Shown here: positions 9,051 through 18,476 of the stretch, piece by piece
Layout of the letters: each line of letters starts with the position of its first letter
How positions within the stretch are numbered: position 1 is the stretch's first letter
Assembly (NCBI GenBank): GCA_041601615.1
Contig: JBFIHX010000003.1
Span: forward strand, 256,001 to 320,000
Direction of reading: 5' to 3'
DNA length: 64,000 nucleotides
Source: Thermoplasmatota archaeon
GTDB lineage: Archaea > Thermoplasmatota > E2 > JACPAO01 > JAHFTW01
Translations under genes and position numbers: made by a program
Notes under the pieces: generated by a model
The model's input: only the letters and a program-made list of their open reading frames with translations
What the model was told of the DNA's origin: nothing
The model's database searches: none

Positions 9051-10598
9051 GTGAGCGAACGATTGGTGGTTCTCGACGGCACGGATTTGGGCATCGAGGA
9101 CGTGGTTGCGGTCGCCCGGCAAAACGCTCCGGTCGAAGTCGCCGCGGCGTCCTGGGGGGCCATCCAGGCAAGCCGGGACATCGTAGATTCGCTCGTGGCC
9201 CGAGGGGAGGTGGCGTATGGCATCACGACGGGGTTCGGGGAGTTTGCGCACGTTTCTATCGACCGGGATCAGGTGCGGCAATTGCAGCGCAATTTGATCA
9301 TGAGCCACTCTGTGGGTGTCGGTGCGCCGTTGCCTCGGGATGTTGTTCGGGCGATGATGTTGATTCGCATCAATACGCTCGTGAAGGGTCTCAGTGGCGT
9401 GCGGCGGTTGCTGGTGGAGCGGCTCGTGGAGTTGTTGAATCGGGACTTGGTGCCGGTGGTCCCGAGCCGAGGCAGTGTCGGTGCGAGCGGAGATTTGGCC
9501 CCACTTGCCCACATGGCGCTGCCTTTGCTCGGATTGGGACATTTGGATGATGGTGGCGACGGGGGCGCTCGTCCTGCCGCTGCGGTGCTTTCCGAACACG
9601 GCTTGGAGCCCTTGGAGTTGGAGGCGAAGGAGGGTCTTGCGCTCATCAACGGTACGCAACTGATGTCGGCGGTTGGGTGTCTTGTGGTGGCCGATGCTTC
9701 GAACTTGCTATTGGATGCTCAGATCGTCGCTGGCATGAGCCTCGAAGCCTTGATGGGCAGCATTCGTCCGTTTGATGCACGTGTCCATGCGGCGAGGCCC
9801 CACCCGGGGCAAGCGATTGTTGCGTCCAATATGCGAGCCCTCACCGCGGGCAGCGGCATCGTGGAGAGCCACGTCGGGTGCAGCCGTGTGCAGGATGCCT
9901 ACAGTCTGCGTTGCATGCCCCAAGTACTGGGTGCGTGCCGGGACCGCATCGAGGAGGCGCGGCGCGTGATGGAAGTCGAGATCAACAGCGCCACGGACAA
10001 TCCTTTGGTGTTTCCGGATGGCGACATTGTCAGTCAGGGCAATTTCCATGGCGAGCCATTGGCGTTCATGCTGGATGGGTTGGCCATTGCGATTGCTGAG
10101 ATGGCCAGCATCAGCGAGCGGCGCGTGGAGCGCCTTGTCAATCCGGATCTTAGCGAGGGCCTGAAGCCGTTTCTTGTGGACGCGGGCGGGCTCAATTCGG
10201 GCTTCATGATTGCTCAGTATGTGGCGGCTGCCTTGGTGAGTGAAAATAAGGTCTACGCGCACCCGGCGAGCGTGGACAGCATTCCTACGAGTGCCAATCA
10301 AGAAGATCATGTGAGCATGGGAAGCATCTCGGCACTGAAAGTGGGCCAGGTGCTGGAAAATGCGCGTCATGTGGTCGCCATTGAGGCGTTGTGCGCGGCG
10401 CAGGCGCTGGATTTCAAGGCGGACGAGGGACTTGTTGCGGGGGTGGGTGGCCAAGCGGCTCGCGCCAGGGTTCGATTGGATGTTGCAAGGCTTACGGGGG
10501 ATCGCATCCTGCACGACGATGTGGCGGCACTCACGGCCTTGTTGCAGGCAGGAGCATTGCGCAAGGCCGTCCAGGATGCGGGTGTGCAGCTTGCTTGA
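9051..10598 (+). CDS. hutH: Histidine ammonia-lyase
   Basis: YGITTGFG, GSVGASGDLAPL (MIO-forming ASG), KEGLALINGT, QDAYSLRC, NQEDHVSMG. Confidence 0.96.
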   Translation: MSERLVVLDGTDLGIEDVVAVARQNAPVEVAAASWGAIQASRDIVDSLVARGEVAYGITTGFGEFAHVSIDRDQVRQLQRNLIMSHSVGVGAPLPRDVVRAMMLIRINTLVKGLSGVRRLLVERLVELLNRDLVPVVPSRGSVGASGDLAPLAHMALPLLGLGHLDDGGDGGARPAAAVLSEHGLEPLELEAKEGLALINGTQLMSAVGCLVVADASNLLLDAQIVAGMSLEALMGSIRPFDARVHAARPHPGQAIVASNMRALTAGSGIVESHVGCSRVQDAYSLRCMPQVLGACRDRIEEARRVMEVEINSATDNPLVFPDGDIVSQGNFHGEPLAFMLDGLAIAIAEMASISERRVERLVNPDLSEGLKPFLVDAGGLNSGFMIAQYVAAALVSENKVYAHPASVDSIPTSANQEDHVSMGSISALKVGQVLENARHVVAIEALCAAQALDFKADEGLVAGVGGQAARARVRLDVARLTGDRILHDDVAALTALLQAGALRKAVQDAGVQLA

Positions 10599-10847
10599 TT
10601 AGTGGATGGGCAAGCAAGTTTGGCCGTTGATGGAGGTGCAGATCCAGAGGCCGCTGACGCCGTAGCATATGGAGGCGCCTTGGAGCCCGACGCCGACACT
10701 GACGCAGTGGTTCAGGGAGGGGTGGAACAGGTTCTGGCACACTTGGACTTCGCCGGGTTTGCCGATGCAGTCACCGAGGGCGGTGGCGCTGGGGGCAAAC
10801 AGGACGGAGGCCAGGAGCAGGCTTGCAGCAACGAGTAATACGCGCAT
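10599..10847 (-). CDS. Small secreted Cys-rich peptide (82 aa, 6 Cys)
   Basis: MRVLLVAASLLLASVLFAPSATA signal followed by 6-Cys mature peptide. Confidence 0.72.
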   Translation of the reverse strand: MRVLLVAASLLLASVLFAPSATALGDCIGKPGEVQVCQNLFHPSLNHCVSVGVGLQGASICYGVSGLWICTSINGQTCLPIH

Positions 10848-11071
10848 GCAGGAAGAAGAACCTGGAGGTACATGGATTGTTGGTGGCGGTTCTCTTTCGT
10901 CCATCCGCGCTTCTAGGTTCGGCGACGCAGGCTCCTGTGTGCCGTATCTTGATCGACGGGGGGTCGAGTGCGGTGGCGGGGAGGCGGGGGGTGGCTGCCA
11001 GGGGGGTGAGGAAGGTGGGGGAGGGTGCCGGCGTCGTCGTGGACGCGGGCGTTTCGGTCCGTTGGTCGCAC

Positions 11072-11356
11072 CTACAGGTCGGGGTAACAGCCGGGTTGCA
11101 GGAGGATGCCACTGCTGTTGCACAGGTACACGTCGTTGTTGCTGTCGTTGACGTAGACGCAGAGGAACGGCACGAGGTTGGGCATGGTGCCGGTGTAGAT
11201 CTGGACGCAGCGGTAGTCTGTGTCGCCGCTGGAGCCGCCGGTCGAACAGACGTTGGGGTTGCTTCCCTGGTCAAGCACGCAGGGTCGAGCGGTTGCCTCG
11301 GGGGCAAACGCCAGGGCGGTCATGAGCAGGCAGAGGGTAACGAGGATAGCTCGCAT
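11072..11356 (-). CDS. Small secreted Cys-rich peptide (94 aa, 6 Cys in mature part)
   Basis: MRAILVTLCLLMTALAFAPEATA signal, similar to neighbour; 6 Cys. Confidence 0.75.
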   Translation of the reverse strand: MRAILVTLCLLMTALAFAPEATARPCVLDQGSNPNVCSTGGSSGDTDYRCVQIYTGTMPNLVPFLCVYVNDSNNDVYLCNSSGILLQPGCYPDL

Positions 11357-11425
11357 GGGGGATTGATTGGCATCATTGGTTTAATTCCTACTGGGAATTT
11401 ACCTGATGGTGCGAGCCAATCGATG

Positions 11426-12655
11426 TCAAATCATTTCATGGACTCGACCATGGCTCAAAATTGCCTGCGCCGTTTGTCTTCCTGGTTCGTAGACCCAGTG
11501 GTCGAGGTCGGCTATGTTGTGCACCAACAAGTCTGCGCGTTTGCCTACTTCGATGCTGCCGACTTCGTGTTCCATTCCGAGAGTGCATGCGGCGTTCCAG
11601 GTGGCTGCTGTGAGTGCCTGGGCGGGCGACAATCCAAGCAGGAAGCATCCAAGTTGGGCCACGAGGGTCATGTTTGTTACGGGGTTGTTCGGGTTGTGGT
11701 CGGTGGCGAGGGCTACGGGTACGCCTGCGTCCAAAAATCGCTTGCCGGGCGCCCATTCGGGGCGCATGAGGGTGAGGGGGACGGTGGGGAGCAGGGTTGC
11801 GATGGTGCCGGCTTCTGCCATGGCTTCGATGCCTTCGTCGCTGACGCGGAGGAGGTGGTCGGCGCTGACGCATCCGGCGCGGGCGGCGAGTTGGGCGCCT
11901 CCGGTGTTGACGATTTCGTCGGCGTGCAGGCGCAGTCCAAGGCCGTGGCGCTTTGCGGCGGAGAAAATGGCGTCGCCTTGTTCGATGGTGAACACGTTTT
12001 CTTCCACAAAAACGTCGCAGTAGCGGGCGATTCCTTGGGCCGCCACTTGGGGCAGCATTTCGTCGATGACGAGGTCGGCGAATGCGGCAGCGTCGGTGCC
12101 GGAGGGGACGGCGTGGGCGCCGAGGAAGGTGCTGATAATGGGGACTCCGGCGGACGCTGCGAGTGCTTGGTTGGCTTCCAGCAGGCGCAGTTCCGACTCG
12201 GTGGTGAGTCCGTAGCCGCTCTTGGCCTCTAGGGTCGTCGTGCCGTTCTGGATCATTCGATCGAGTCGGGGTCGCGCTTCACGCACCAGTTGTTCGAGTG
12301 ATGCTTTGCGGGTGCGTTCGACAGTGTAGTTGATGCCGCCGCCGGCTGCCAGAATTTCGAGGTAGCTTTTGCCTTGGAGCTTCAGCGACAATTCGAAGGC
12401 GCGATCGCCTGCGTAGACGAGGTGGTTGTGGGGGTCGACGTAGCCGGGGGTTACGAGTTGGCCTGTGGCATCGATGGTTCGAGCGGCTTGGCCGTCCCAT
12501 TCGCCGTGGGGCCCGACCCAAGTGATGCGGCCGGCCTGGATTGCTACGCCCCATTGTTCGCGCAGGGCTACGTCCGATGCGGCGGTGGCGTCGCGTGCGC
12601 CCGCTGTCCCCTGCATCGTTGCGAGATTGCCATGGAGGTACAGGTCGGCGTCCAC
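11426..12655 (-). CDS. hutI: Imidazolonepropionase
   Basis: PGYVDPHNHLVYAGDR, Y.EILAAGGGI, EAKSGYGL, FLGAHA, HADE, SADHL, ATDHNP; GTG start at 12655 inferred. Confidence 0.95.
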   Translation of the reverse strand: MDADLYLHGNLATMQGTAGARDATAASDVALREQWGVAIQAGRITWVGPHGEWDGQAARTIDATGQLVTPGYVDPHNHLVYAGDRAFELSLKLQGKSYLEILAAGGGINYTVERTRKASLEQLVREARPRLDRMIQNGTTTLEAKSGYGLTTESELRLLEANQALAASAGVPIISTFLGAHAVPSGTDAAAFADLVIDEMLPQVAAQGIARYCDVFVEENVFTIEQGDAIFSAAKRHGLGLRLHADEIVNTGGAQLAARAGCVSADHLLRVSDEGIEAMAEAGTIATLLPTVPLTLMRPEWAPGKRFLDAGVPVALATDHNPNNPVTNMTLVAQLGCFLLGLSPAQALTAATWNAACTLGMEHEVGSIEVGKRADLLVHNIADLDHWVYEPGRQTAQAILSHGRVHEMI

Positions 12656-12706
12656 GCGCGGCGCAGCCGTGGCAAGGGCTTCAAGCCCCCGGTCGGTCCT
12701 CGGTTC

Positions 12707-13663
12707 GTGTTCCAGGCTAGTCCTGCTCTTGTGCCGACGCGCCGAGAGGCTCCTGAAGATCCTCGGTTTTTGGAATTGTTTGGCGCCGACGCTGGCGAAG
12801 CGGATGTGTTGATGGCAGGCGTGCCGTACGATGTGAGTGTCCTCGGCCGGAAGGGCGCAAAGTTCGGGCCCACGGGCATCCGGGAGGCGATGCGGTTTTT
12901 GTCCAATTTTGACGCGGACACGGGACGCAATGTGGCAAGCGTTCGGCTGCATGATGCCGGGGATGTGGCCGCGCTCGACGGGCATGGCGCCGATGTGCTT
13001 GCGGCGCACGAATCGGTGCGCGCTGCCGCCCGCGACCTCCTGCAACACGCAAAGCCCGTGGTGTTGCTTGGTGGCGATCATGGACTCACGTTTCCCCATG
13101 TCCAGGCGCTTGCGGACACCGTTTCTGGCCGCATCGGCATCATTGTTGTGGATGCGCATTATGACTTGCGAAGCTACCAGGGTCAGCCCAGCAGCGGCAC
13201 GCCGTTTCGCCGCATCCTGGAGGAGTTGGATGGTCGCGTTCGTGGTGATAACCTGGTAGAGATCGGCATCCGGCCCTTTGCCAACACCTTCCAATTGGCC
13301 GAGTACGCGGCGGGCGCGGGCCTTACGATTGTGACGGCCGAAGAAGTGCGGGCGCGGGGCATGGAAGCGGTGGCTCGGGAAGCGATTCGGATCGCGGCGG
13401 AAGGTGTGGACCACTTGTGGCTCAGCATCGACATCGACGGCCTTGACCAGAGCATTGCTAGTGGCTGCAGTGCTCCCGGCGCGGGCGGCTTGACGTACTC
13501 CGAAGTGGACGCGCTTGTGCGGGCGGTCGCGGCGCATCCGAGGTGCCGGGGGATGGACGTATTGGAGGTCGCACCCGGCCTGGACCCTACCGGCAACACC
13601 TGTCGGACGGCGGCGCAGCTTGTGGCGGCGTTTGTGGGTTCCGTGACGGCCCGCAATCGGTAG
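12707..13663 (+). CDS. hutG: Formimidoylglutamase (ureohydrolase family)
   Basis: GVPYD, GA.FGP..IR, GGDH, DAHYD, SSGTPF, SIDIDGLD; divergent from hutI within the hut cluster. Confidence 0.85.
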   Translation: MFQASPALVPTRREAPEDPRFLELFGADAGEADVLMAGVPYDVSVLGRKGAKFGPTGIREAMRFLSNFDADTGRNVASVRLHDAGDVAALDGHGADVLAAHESVRAAARDLLQHAKPVVLLGGDHGLTFPHVQALADTVSGRIGIIVVDAHYDLRSYQGQPSSGTPFRRILEELDGRVRGDNLVEIGIRPFANTFQLAEYAAGAGLTIVTAEEVRARGMEAVAREAIRIAAEGVDHLWLSIDIDGLDQSIASGCSAPGAGGLTYSEVDALVRAVAAHPRCRGMDVLEVAPGLDPTGNTCRTAAQLVAAFVGSVTARNR

Positions 13664-13737
13664 GAGCGGCACGAGGCCCCGTAGCTCGCTGGGATTTCCA
13701 GGCAATCGTTTCGCCGTGGTAGGCTTTGCTGGGTTCC

Positions 13738-14016
13738 ATGGCGTTGCAACTGCTGCACCCCGACGATGCGCGAAGCGAACTTGAGCACAAGACGCTCCTT
13801 GAGATCGAGCGCGAGACTGCCGAGACGTGGGGGGCTCGGGCGGCGGCGGCATTCGAGTTTGCGGCCAAGGCGACCGGCGAGAAGCGGGCGCATTGGCTTG
13901 CGGATGCGGAAAACTACCGCCAGGAAAGCCTGGAGCATGCTGCGATGACGGGCGACATTCGGTTCATTGAGCAAATTCTCAACGACTTGGAATCGGCCAA
14001 GCGCGCAGTTGCCTAG
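13738..14016 (+). CDS. Hypothetical helical protein
   Basis: 92-aa ORF filling the gap, with typical composition. Confidence 0.65.
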   Translation: MALQLLHPDDARSELEHKTLLEIERETAETWGARAAAAFEFAAKATGEKRAHWLADAENYRQESLEHAAMTGDIRFIEQILNDLESAKRAVA

Positions 14017-14023
14017 CTCGGGT

Positions 14024-15013
14024 TTACTGCGCCCGTTCCATCAACAATTCGGCGAGGGCCGCTAGCGCCTGTTGTGCTGGGCCTTCGGGCAATTGTTCGA
14101 GTCGCATGAGGGCTTGTTGGGTGTAGGCGCCGGCTTCCAGTTGGCTTGCTGCTACGGCGCCGGATTCCAGGAGGTCTTTGCGGACGTTTGGAAACTCCTT
14201 GGCATTGCGCTCGGGCGCGGGGGGGAGGTGTCCGCCGCGTTCTTCGTAGTGCAAGTAGGGGCTGCTGCGGGTGCCTGCGGCGTAGTCGGTGCCGGCGGGC
14301 TTTCCGGTCCATTGCGGGTCGCCGGTCACGTCCAGAACATCGTCGAGGACCTGGAACGCCTGGCCCACGGCTTCGCCGTACTCAAACAGCGCCTGCACGC
14401 GGTCGGGGCTGGCGCCTGCGAGGCTTGCGCCGATTGCGGTGCTTGCTGAGAGTAGGCAGGCGGTTTTGTCGCGGATGACGCTGGCGTATTCTTCCCGTGT
14501 AACGTCCGAGCGGCCGTGCAGTCTTTGTTCCCGAAGCTGGCCTTCGCAGAGGCGTCGGCAGGCGTCGGCGGTCAGGTCCATGGCGGCCTTCGGGAGTCGT
14601 GCGGCGAGTGCGAAGGCTTGCGTGAATAGGTAGTCGCCCACGAGGAGGGCGGCGTCGCGGCCGTGTGCGTGGTAGGTGCTGGGTTTGCCGCGTCGTTCTT
14701 TGGCTTCATCCATAATGTCGTCGTGAACCAAGCTTGCGGTGTGTACGAGTTCGATGGCGACGGCGGCGTCGACGGCCTCGTCAAGCTTTGCAGGATCGGG
14801 CGTGGCGGTTCCGTAGCAGGCTTGGAATGCGGTGAGCAAGAGGAGGGGGCGGATGCGTTTTCCGCCGGCGCCCAGAGGTTCCAGGCTCCACGATTCCAAG
14901 TCGGGGTCGCGGCTTTTTCCTTGTTTTTGGAGTCGGTATTCTACGTCGTCGAGCAGGTCCACCAAGTCGGGTGGGAAGACGGCGGTGATCGGGTGGGCTT
15001 TGGCGGGGATCAA
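14024..15013 (-). CDS. Polyprenyl diphosphate synthase
   Basis: GGKRIRP, ELVHTASLVHDDIMD..RRG, GD.L, KTA, FQVLDDVLD. Confidence 0.93.
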   Translation of the reverse strand: MIPAKAHPITAVFPPDLVDLLDDVEYRLQKQGKSRDPDLESWSLEPLGAGGKRIRPLLLLTAFQACYGTATPDPAKLDEAVDAAVAIELVHTASLVHDDIMDEAKERRGKPSTYHAHGRDAALLVGDYLFTQAFALAARLPKAAMDLTADACRRLCEGQLREQRLHGRSDVTREEYASVIRDKTACLLSASTAIGASLAGASPDRVQALFEYGEAVGQAFQVLDDVLDVTGDPQWTGKPAGTDYAAGTRSSPYLHYEERGGHLPPAPERNAKEFPNVRKDLLESGAVAASQLEAGAYTQQALMRLEQLPEGPAQQALAALAELLMERAQ

Positions 15014-16347
15014 GGAAACACTCCGTGGGCAAGTACGAGGAGGATGGCGGCGGTGGCGTACACGATGACTGTGGCGAGGCGGGCGGGGGCGAGTCCGCGT
15101 GGATCACCAAGGGTTGTGGCAACACGGCGCACGACGATGATGGCGGGGGCAAAGAGGATGGCTGCGGCAATCCCGAGGGCGGGGGCCAGCAACCAGAGCC
15201 CAGTGGTCGTTGCGGCGACTCCGGCAAGCATCAGCACTGCAAACAAAGTGACGTTGCGTGCGGGAGGCAGGCGGACCACGAGTGTGCGGTGGCCGGAGGC
15301 TTCGTCCAAGGGCCGATCGGCTAGGTCGTCTACGACCACGATGGCGGCGGCCAAGAGCGTGGTGGGAAGGGTGCCTAGGGCGAGCGTGGAAGGATGGGGG
15401 ATGGCGGTGCCTAGGGCTGCGAGGGTTCCCCAGACAATGATGGGTCCGTGGGTGGCTGCTGCGGTCAGGGGTCCGAGCCCAGTGTCGCGTAGGCGTCCGT
15501 AGGTCCAGGCAATGAGCACTCCGACGGCGGCAAACGCGAGGACGGCCCAGCGGTCGAGCCACAAGAATCGTGCCATGGCTGCGGTGGCGACTCCGAGCCC
15601 TGCGCCGAATTGGCTCCACAACATCCAGCGAGGAAGGCCTGGCGCTGCTGTGGGGCTGGTGACGGTGGGGCGGCGAAGGTCGTGCACGGCGTTGGCTCCA
15701 GCTTGGGCTGCCAGTGTGCCGAGTACGACGGTTACGGCGTCGAGCCAATACACGCCGCCCGGAATTGCCAACGCGACGCCCACGAGGGCTGCAAGTGTTG
15801 CCGTCAGCAGCAATGGGACTCGGAGACGGGCGATGCTTTCCACCACAACCGCCAGGCGATCGGAGGCGGCGATGTGCCATTGCACCCGAAATGCGCCGGC
15901 TCCCTCGGCTTCGGCCGAAGCGTGTGCTCCGCTGGTGGCCACGAAGGATTCGATGAGGCCGGCCTCATATTCGGAAGGCAGGTCGCCGGGCGTGATGACG
16001 CGCACATGTTCGGTGCCCTCCGTGCGTGCTGCGAGTCGGGTGCCGCGCAAGAACGGATGAACTTCGTCCACGAATAGGCCGAGGGCGCGGCGTGGGCGGC
16101 CGCGTAGGTGTCGCACGAGCGTTTTGAATGTGCGGCGCCACAGCGCGGTGTAGGCGTGCGCCGCGTCGCGCATTTGCTCGGGGGAAAGTTGGCCAAGCAC
16201 CGAGGCAAACGCGGCGGCGTCCACGAGGTCGTTCGGGTCGGACGCGGGACAGAGCGGCAAGTGGGCGTGGGTGGCCTGCAAGTGCTGCCACAGGATGGCC
16301 CGAACCCTGCCCATGCGCGCGCCACGGGCAGGGCCTTCATGAAGCAA
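15010..16347 (-). CDS. UbiA/MenA-like prenyltransferase with extra N-terminal soluble domain
   Basis: Multi-TM C-terminal part with NAVHD and DDLADRPLDEASGHRTLVVRL; overlaps the polyprenyl synthase start. Confidence 0.75.
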   Translation of the reverse strand: MLHEGPARGARMGRVRAILWQHLQATHAHLPLCPASDPNDLVDAAAFASVLGQLSPEQMRDAAHAYTALWRRTFKTLVRHLRGRPRRALGLFVDEVHPFLRGTRLAARTEGTEHVRVITPGDLPSEYEAGLIESFVATSGAHASAEAEGAGAFRVQWHIAASDRLAVVVESIARLRVPLLLTATLAALVGVALAIPGGVYWLDAVTVVLGTLAAQAGANAVHDLRRPTVTSPTAAPGLPRWMLWSQFGAGLGVATAAMARFLWLDRWAVLAFAAVGVLIAWTYGRLRDTGLGPLTAAATHGPIIVWGTLAALGTAIPHPSTLALGTLPTTLLAAAIVVVDDLADRPLDEASGHRTLVVRLPPARNVTLFAVLMLAGVAATTTGLWLLAPALGIAAAILFAPAIIVVRRVATTLGDPRGLAPARLATVIVYATAAILLVLAHGVFP

Positions 16348-16551
16348 TCCCGGGTCGGCTCAGGCGGGCTCCAGGCCGTCCACTGGCGGGATTAGGCGCG
16401 GATTTGTTCCGCGTGCGCCGCTCAAGACCACCCCAAAGCTCAAGTACGAGCGCCGTTGCACAACTAACCAACACCGGAGCGAATTCGAGCCACCCGGCTC
16501 GCGTCGCCCGGTCCAGAAAGCCCCCTCGTGGGGCTCTATGGAGGTCAGAAT

Positions 16552-18201
16552 ATGACTGGACAACAGCAACCCATCTACATCCTCAAGGAAGGCACGGAGC
16601 GCACCCGCGGTCGCAACGCTCAGTCCAACAACATCTACGCTGCCCGCCTCATCGCTGAGACCGTCAAGACGACGCTCGGCCCCCGCGGCATGGACAAGAT
16701 GCTTGTGGATTCCATGGGCGACGTGGTCATCACCAACGATGGCGCCACCATCCTCAAGGAAATCGACGTGGCCCACCCGGCTGCCAAGATGGTCATTGAG
16801 GTCGCCAAGACCCAGGACGCCGAGTGCGGCGACGGCACCACCACCAGTGTCATCCTCACGGGCGAACTGCTGAAGGTCGCCGGCGAACTCTTGGAGCAGG
16901 GCATCCACCCCACCACCATCACCAGCGGCTACAACATGGCCGCCAAGGAAGCCATCAAGGTCCTGGAGAACATGGCGATCACGATCAAGAAGGGCGACAC
17001 CACCACCCTTCGCAACATCGCCAAGACGAGCCTGGCCAGCAAGAACGCCAGCTCCAGCAGCGAACTTCTGTGCGACATCGTCGTGCGCGCCGTAACTGCC
17101 ATCGCCACCACCAACGGCACCGGCAAGAACGCCACCACCGAGGTCGACATCGACAACATCCTCGTCCAGAAGGCCCGCGGCGGCAGCCTGGAAGACACCG
17201 AACTCATCGAAGGCATTATCCTCGACAAGGAACGCGTCTCCAGCGGCATGCCCGAGTCCGTCACCAACGCGAAGATCGCTCTCGTCAACGCCGCCCTCGA
17301 AATCAAGAAGACCGAGGTCGACGCCAAGATCGAGATCACCGCCCCCGACCAACTCGGCGCCTTCCTCGCTCAGGAAGAAGCGACCCTGAAGTCCATGGTG
17401 GACAAGGTCAAGAAGAGCGGCGCCACCGTCCTCGTTTGCCAGAAGGGCATCGACGACCTCGCCCAGCACTTCCTCGCCAAGGCTGGCATCTACGCCATCC
17501 GCCGCGCCAAGAAGAGCGACATGGAGAAGCTCGCCAAGGCCACCAGCGCCACCATCGTCAACACCCTCGACGACCTGAAGGCCAACGTCCTCGGCACCGC
17601 CGGCAAGGTCTTCGAAAAGAAGATCGGTGACGACACCTTCACCTTCATCACCGAGTGCAAGGAAGCCAAGGCAGTCAGCATCCTGCTGCGCGGCGGCACC
17701 GAGCACGTCGTCGATGAAGCCGAGCGCGCCCTCGAAGACGCCCTGAGCGTCGTCGCTGTCGCTCTCGAAGACGGCAAGATGACTCCCGGCGGCGGCGCTG
17801 CTGCCACCGAGATCGCCATGCAACTACGCAGCTTTGCCCCCACCGTGGGCGGCCGCGAGCAAATGGCCGTCGAAGCCTTCGCGGACGCCGTCGAAGTGAT
17901 TCCCCGCACCCTGGCCGAGAACGCCGGTCTCGATGAGATCGACATCCTCCTGAGCCTGCGCCGCGCCCACAAGAAGGGCAACAGCAGCCACGGTGTCAAC
18001 GTCTTCTCGGGCAAGATCGAGAACATGTTCGACAACAACGTCATCGAGCCCCTGCGCGTCGGCACGCAAGAGGTCAAGGCCGCCACCGAGGCTGCCACCA
18101 TGATCCTGCGCATCGACGACGTCATCGCGGCCCGCGCCTTCTCCGGTGGAGAGGGTGGCCCCGGTGGCATGCCGGGCGGTATGGACGGAATGGATTTCTG
18201 A
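16552..18201 (+). CDS. ths: Thermosome (group II chaperonin) subunit
   Basis: [32 protein letters not shown]-rich tail; GGAGGT SD-like site before ATG 16552. Confidence 0.98.
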   Translation: MTGQQQPIYILKEGTERTRGRNAQSNNIYAARLIAETVKTTLGPRGMDKMLVDSMGDVVITNDGATILKEIDVAHPAAKMVIEVAKTQDAECGDGTTTSVILTGELLKVAGELLEQGIHPTTITSGYNMAAKEAIKVLENMAITIKKGDTTTLRNIAKTSLASKNASSSSELLCDIVVRAVTAIATTNGTGKNATTEVDIDNILVQKARGGSLEDTELIEGIILDKERVSSGMPESVTNAKIALVNAALEIKKTEVDAKIEITAPDQLGAFLAQEEATLKSMVDKVKKSGATVLVCQKGIDDLAQHFLAKAGIYAIRRAKKSDMEKLAKATSATIVNTLDDLKANVLGTAGKVFEKKIGDDTFTFITECKEAKAVSILLRGGTEHVVDEAERALEDALSVVAVALEDGKMTPGGGAAATEIAMQLRSFAPTVGGREQMAVEAFADAVEVIPRTLAENAGLDEIDILLSLRRAHKKGNSSHGVNVFSGKIENMFDNNVIEPLRVGTQEVKAATEAATMILRIDDVIAARAFSGGEGGPGGMPGGMDGMDF

Positions 18202-18323
18202 GCGTAGCGAAGAAATTCTTCCGAGGTGCCGAAGGCGCCGTTTCCGAGTGCGTTTCTGAACGCGCTTGAGGACGGAATGGATTTCTAGGCCCGGCGAAGA
18301 AATTCTTCCGAGGCGCCTCGTCC
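18183..18323 (+). repeat. Duplicated thermosome 3' end with hairpin unit (87-bp period)
   Basis: GGACGGAATGGATTTCT-N11-AGAAATTCTTCCGAGG at 18183 and 18270. Confidence 0.9.
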
Positions 18324-18342
18324 ACCAGACCATCGCGTCTGG

Positions 18343-18375
18343 CTCCTCTTTCCTTCTCTTCCTTCCTTTTCCCTT
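18343..18375 (+). terminator. Pyrimidine tract, probable archaeal terminator
   Basis: Uninterrupted C/T run downstream of thermosome; similar tracts follow other genes here. Confidence 0.55.
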
Positions 18376-18476
18376 GTTTCGCGGCCCTGGTGCCTTGCGC
18401 GCCGCCTGGTTTTGGGTGGTGATTGTTTCACGAATGCTCCAAAACCGCCATCCCTGCGCTTCCGGTGATGGGCCTT

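Noticed and set aside
10921-11070. Third, decayed Cys-peptide gene between the two small ORFs
   Set aside because: Only a faint leader-like stretch (LAATPRLPATAL) without start codon or Cys pattern.
11357-11425. Integron attC sites upstream of peptide genes
   Set aside because: No RYYYAAC/GTTRRRY core found here and no integrase in the window; kept only as generic inverted repeats.
11426-13852. 808-aa HutI fusion protein
   Set aside because: The first about 400 aa are the antisense shadow of hutG; HutI similarity starts near 12655.
16360-17823. Long antisense ORFs (also opposite cdc48, eno, rps3ae and others)
   Set aside because: Expected shadows of GC-rich codon usage; no motifs.
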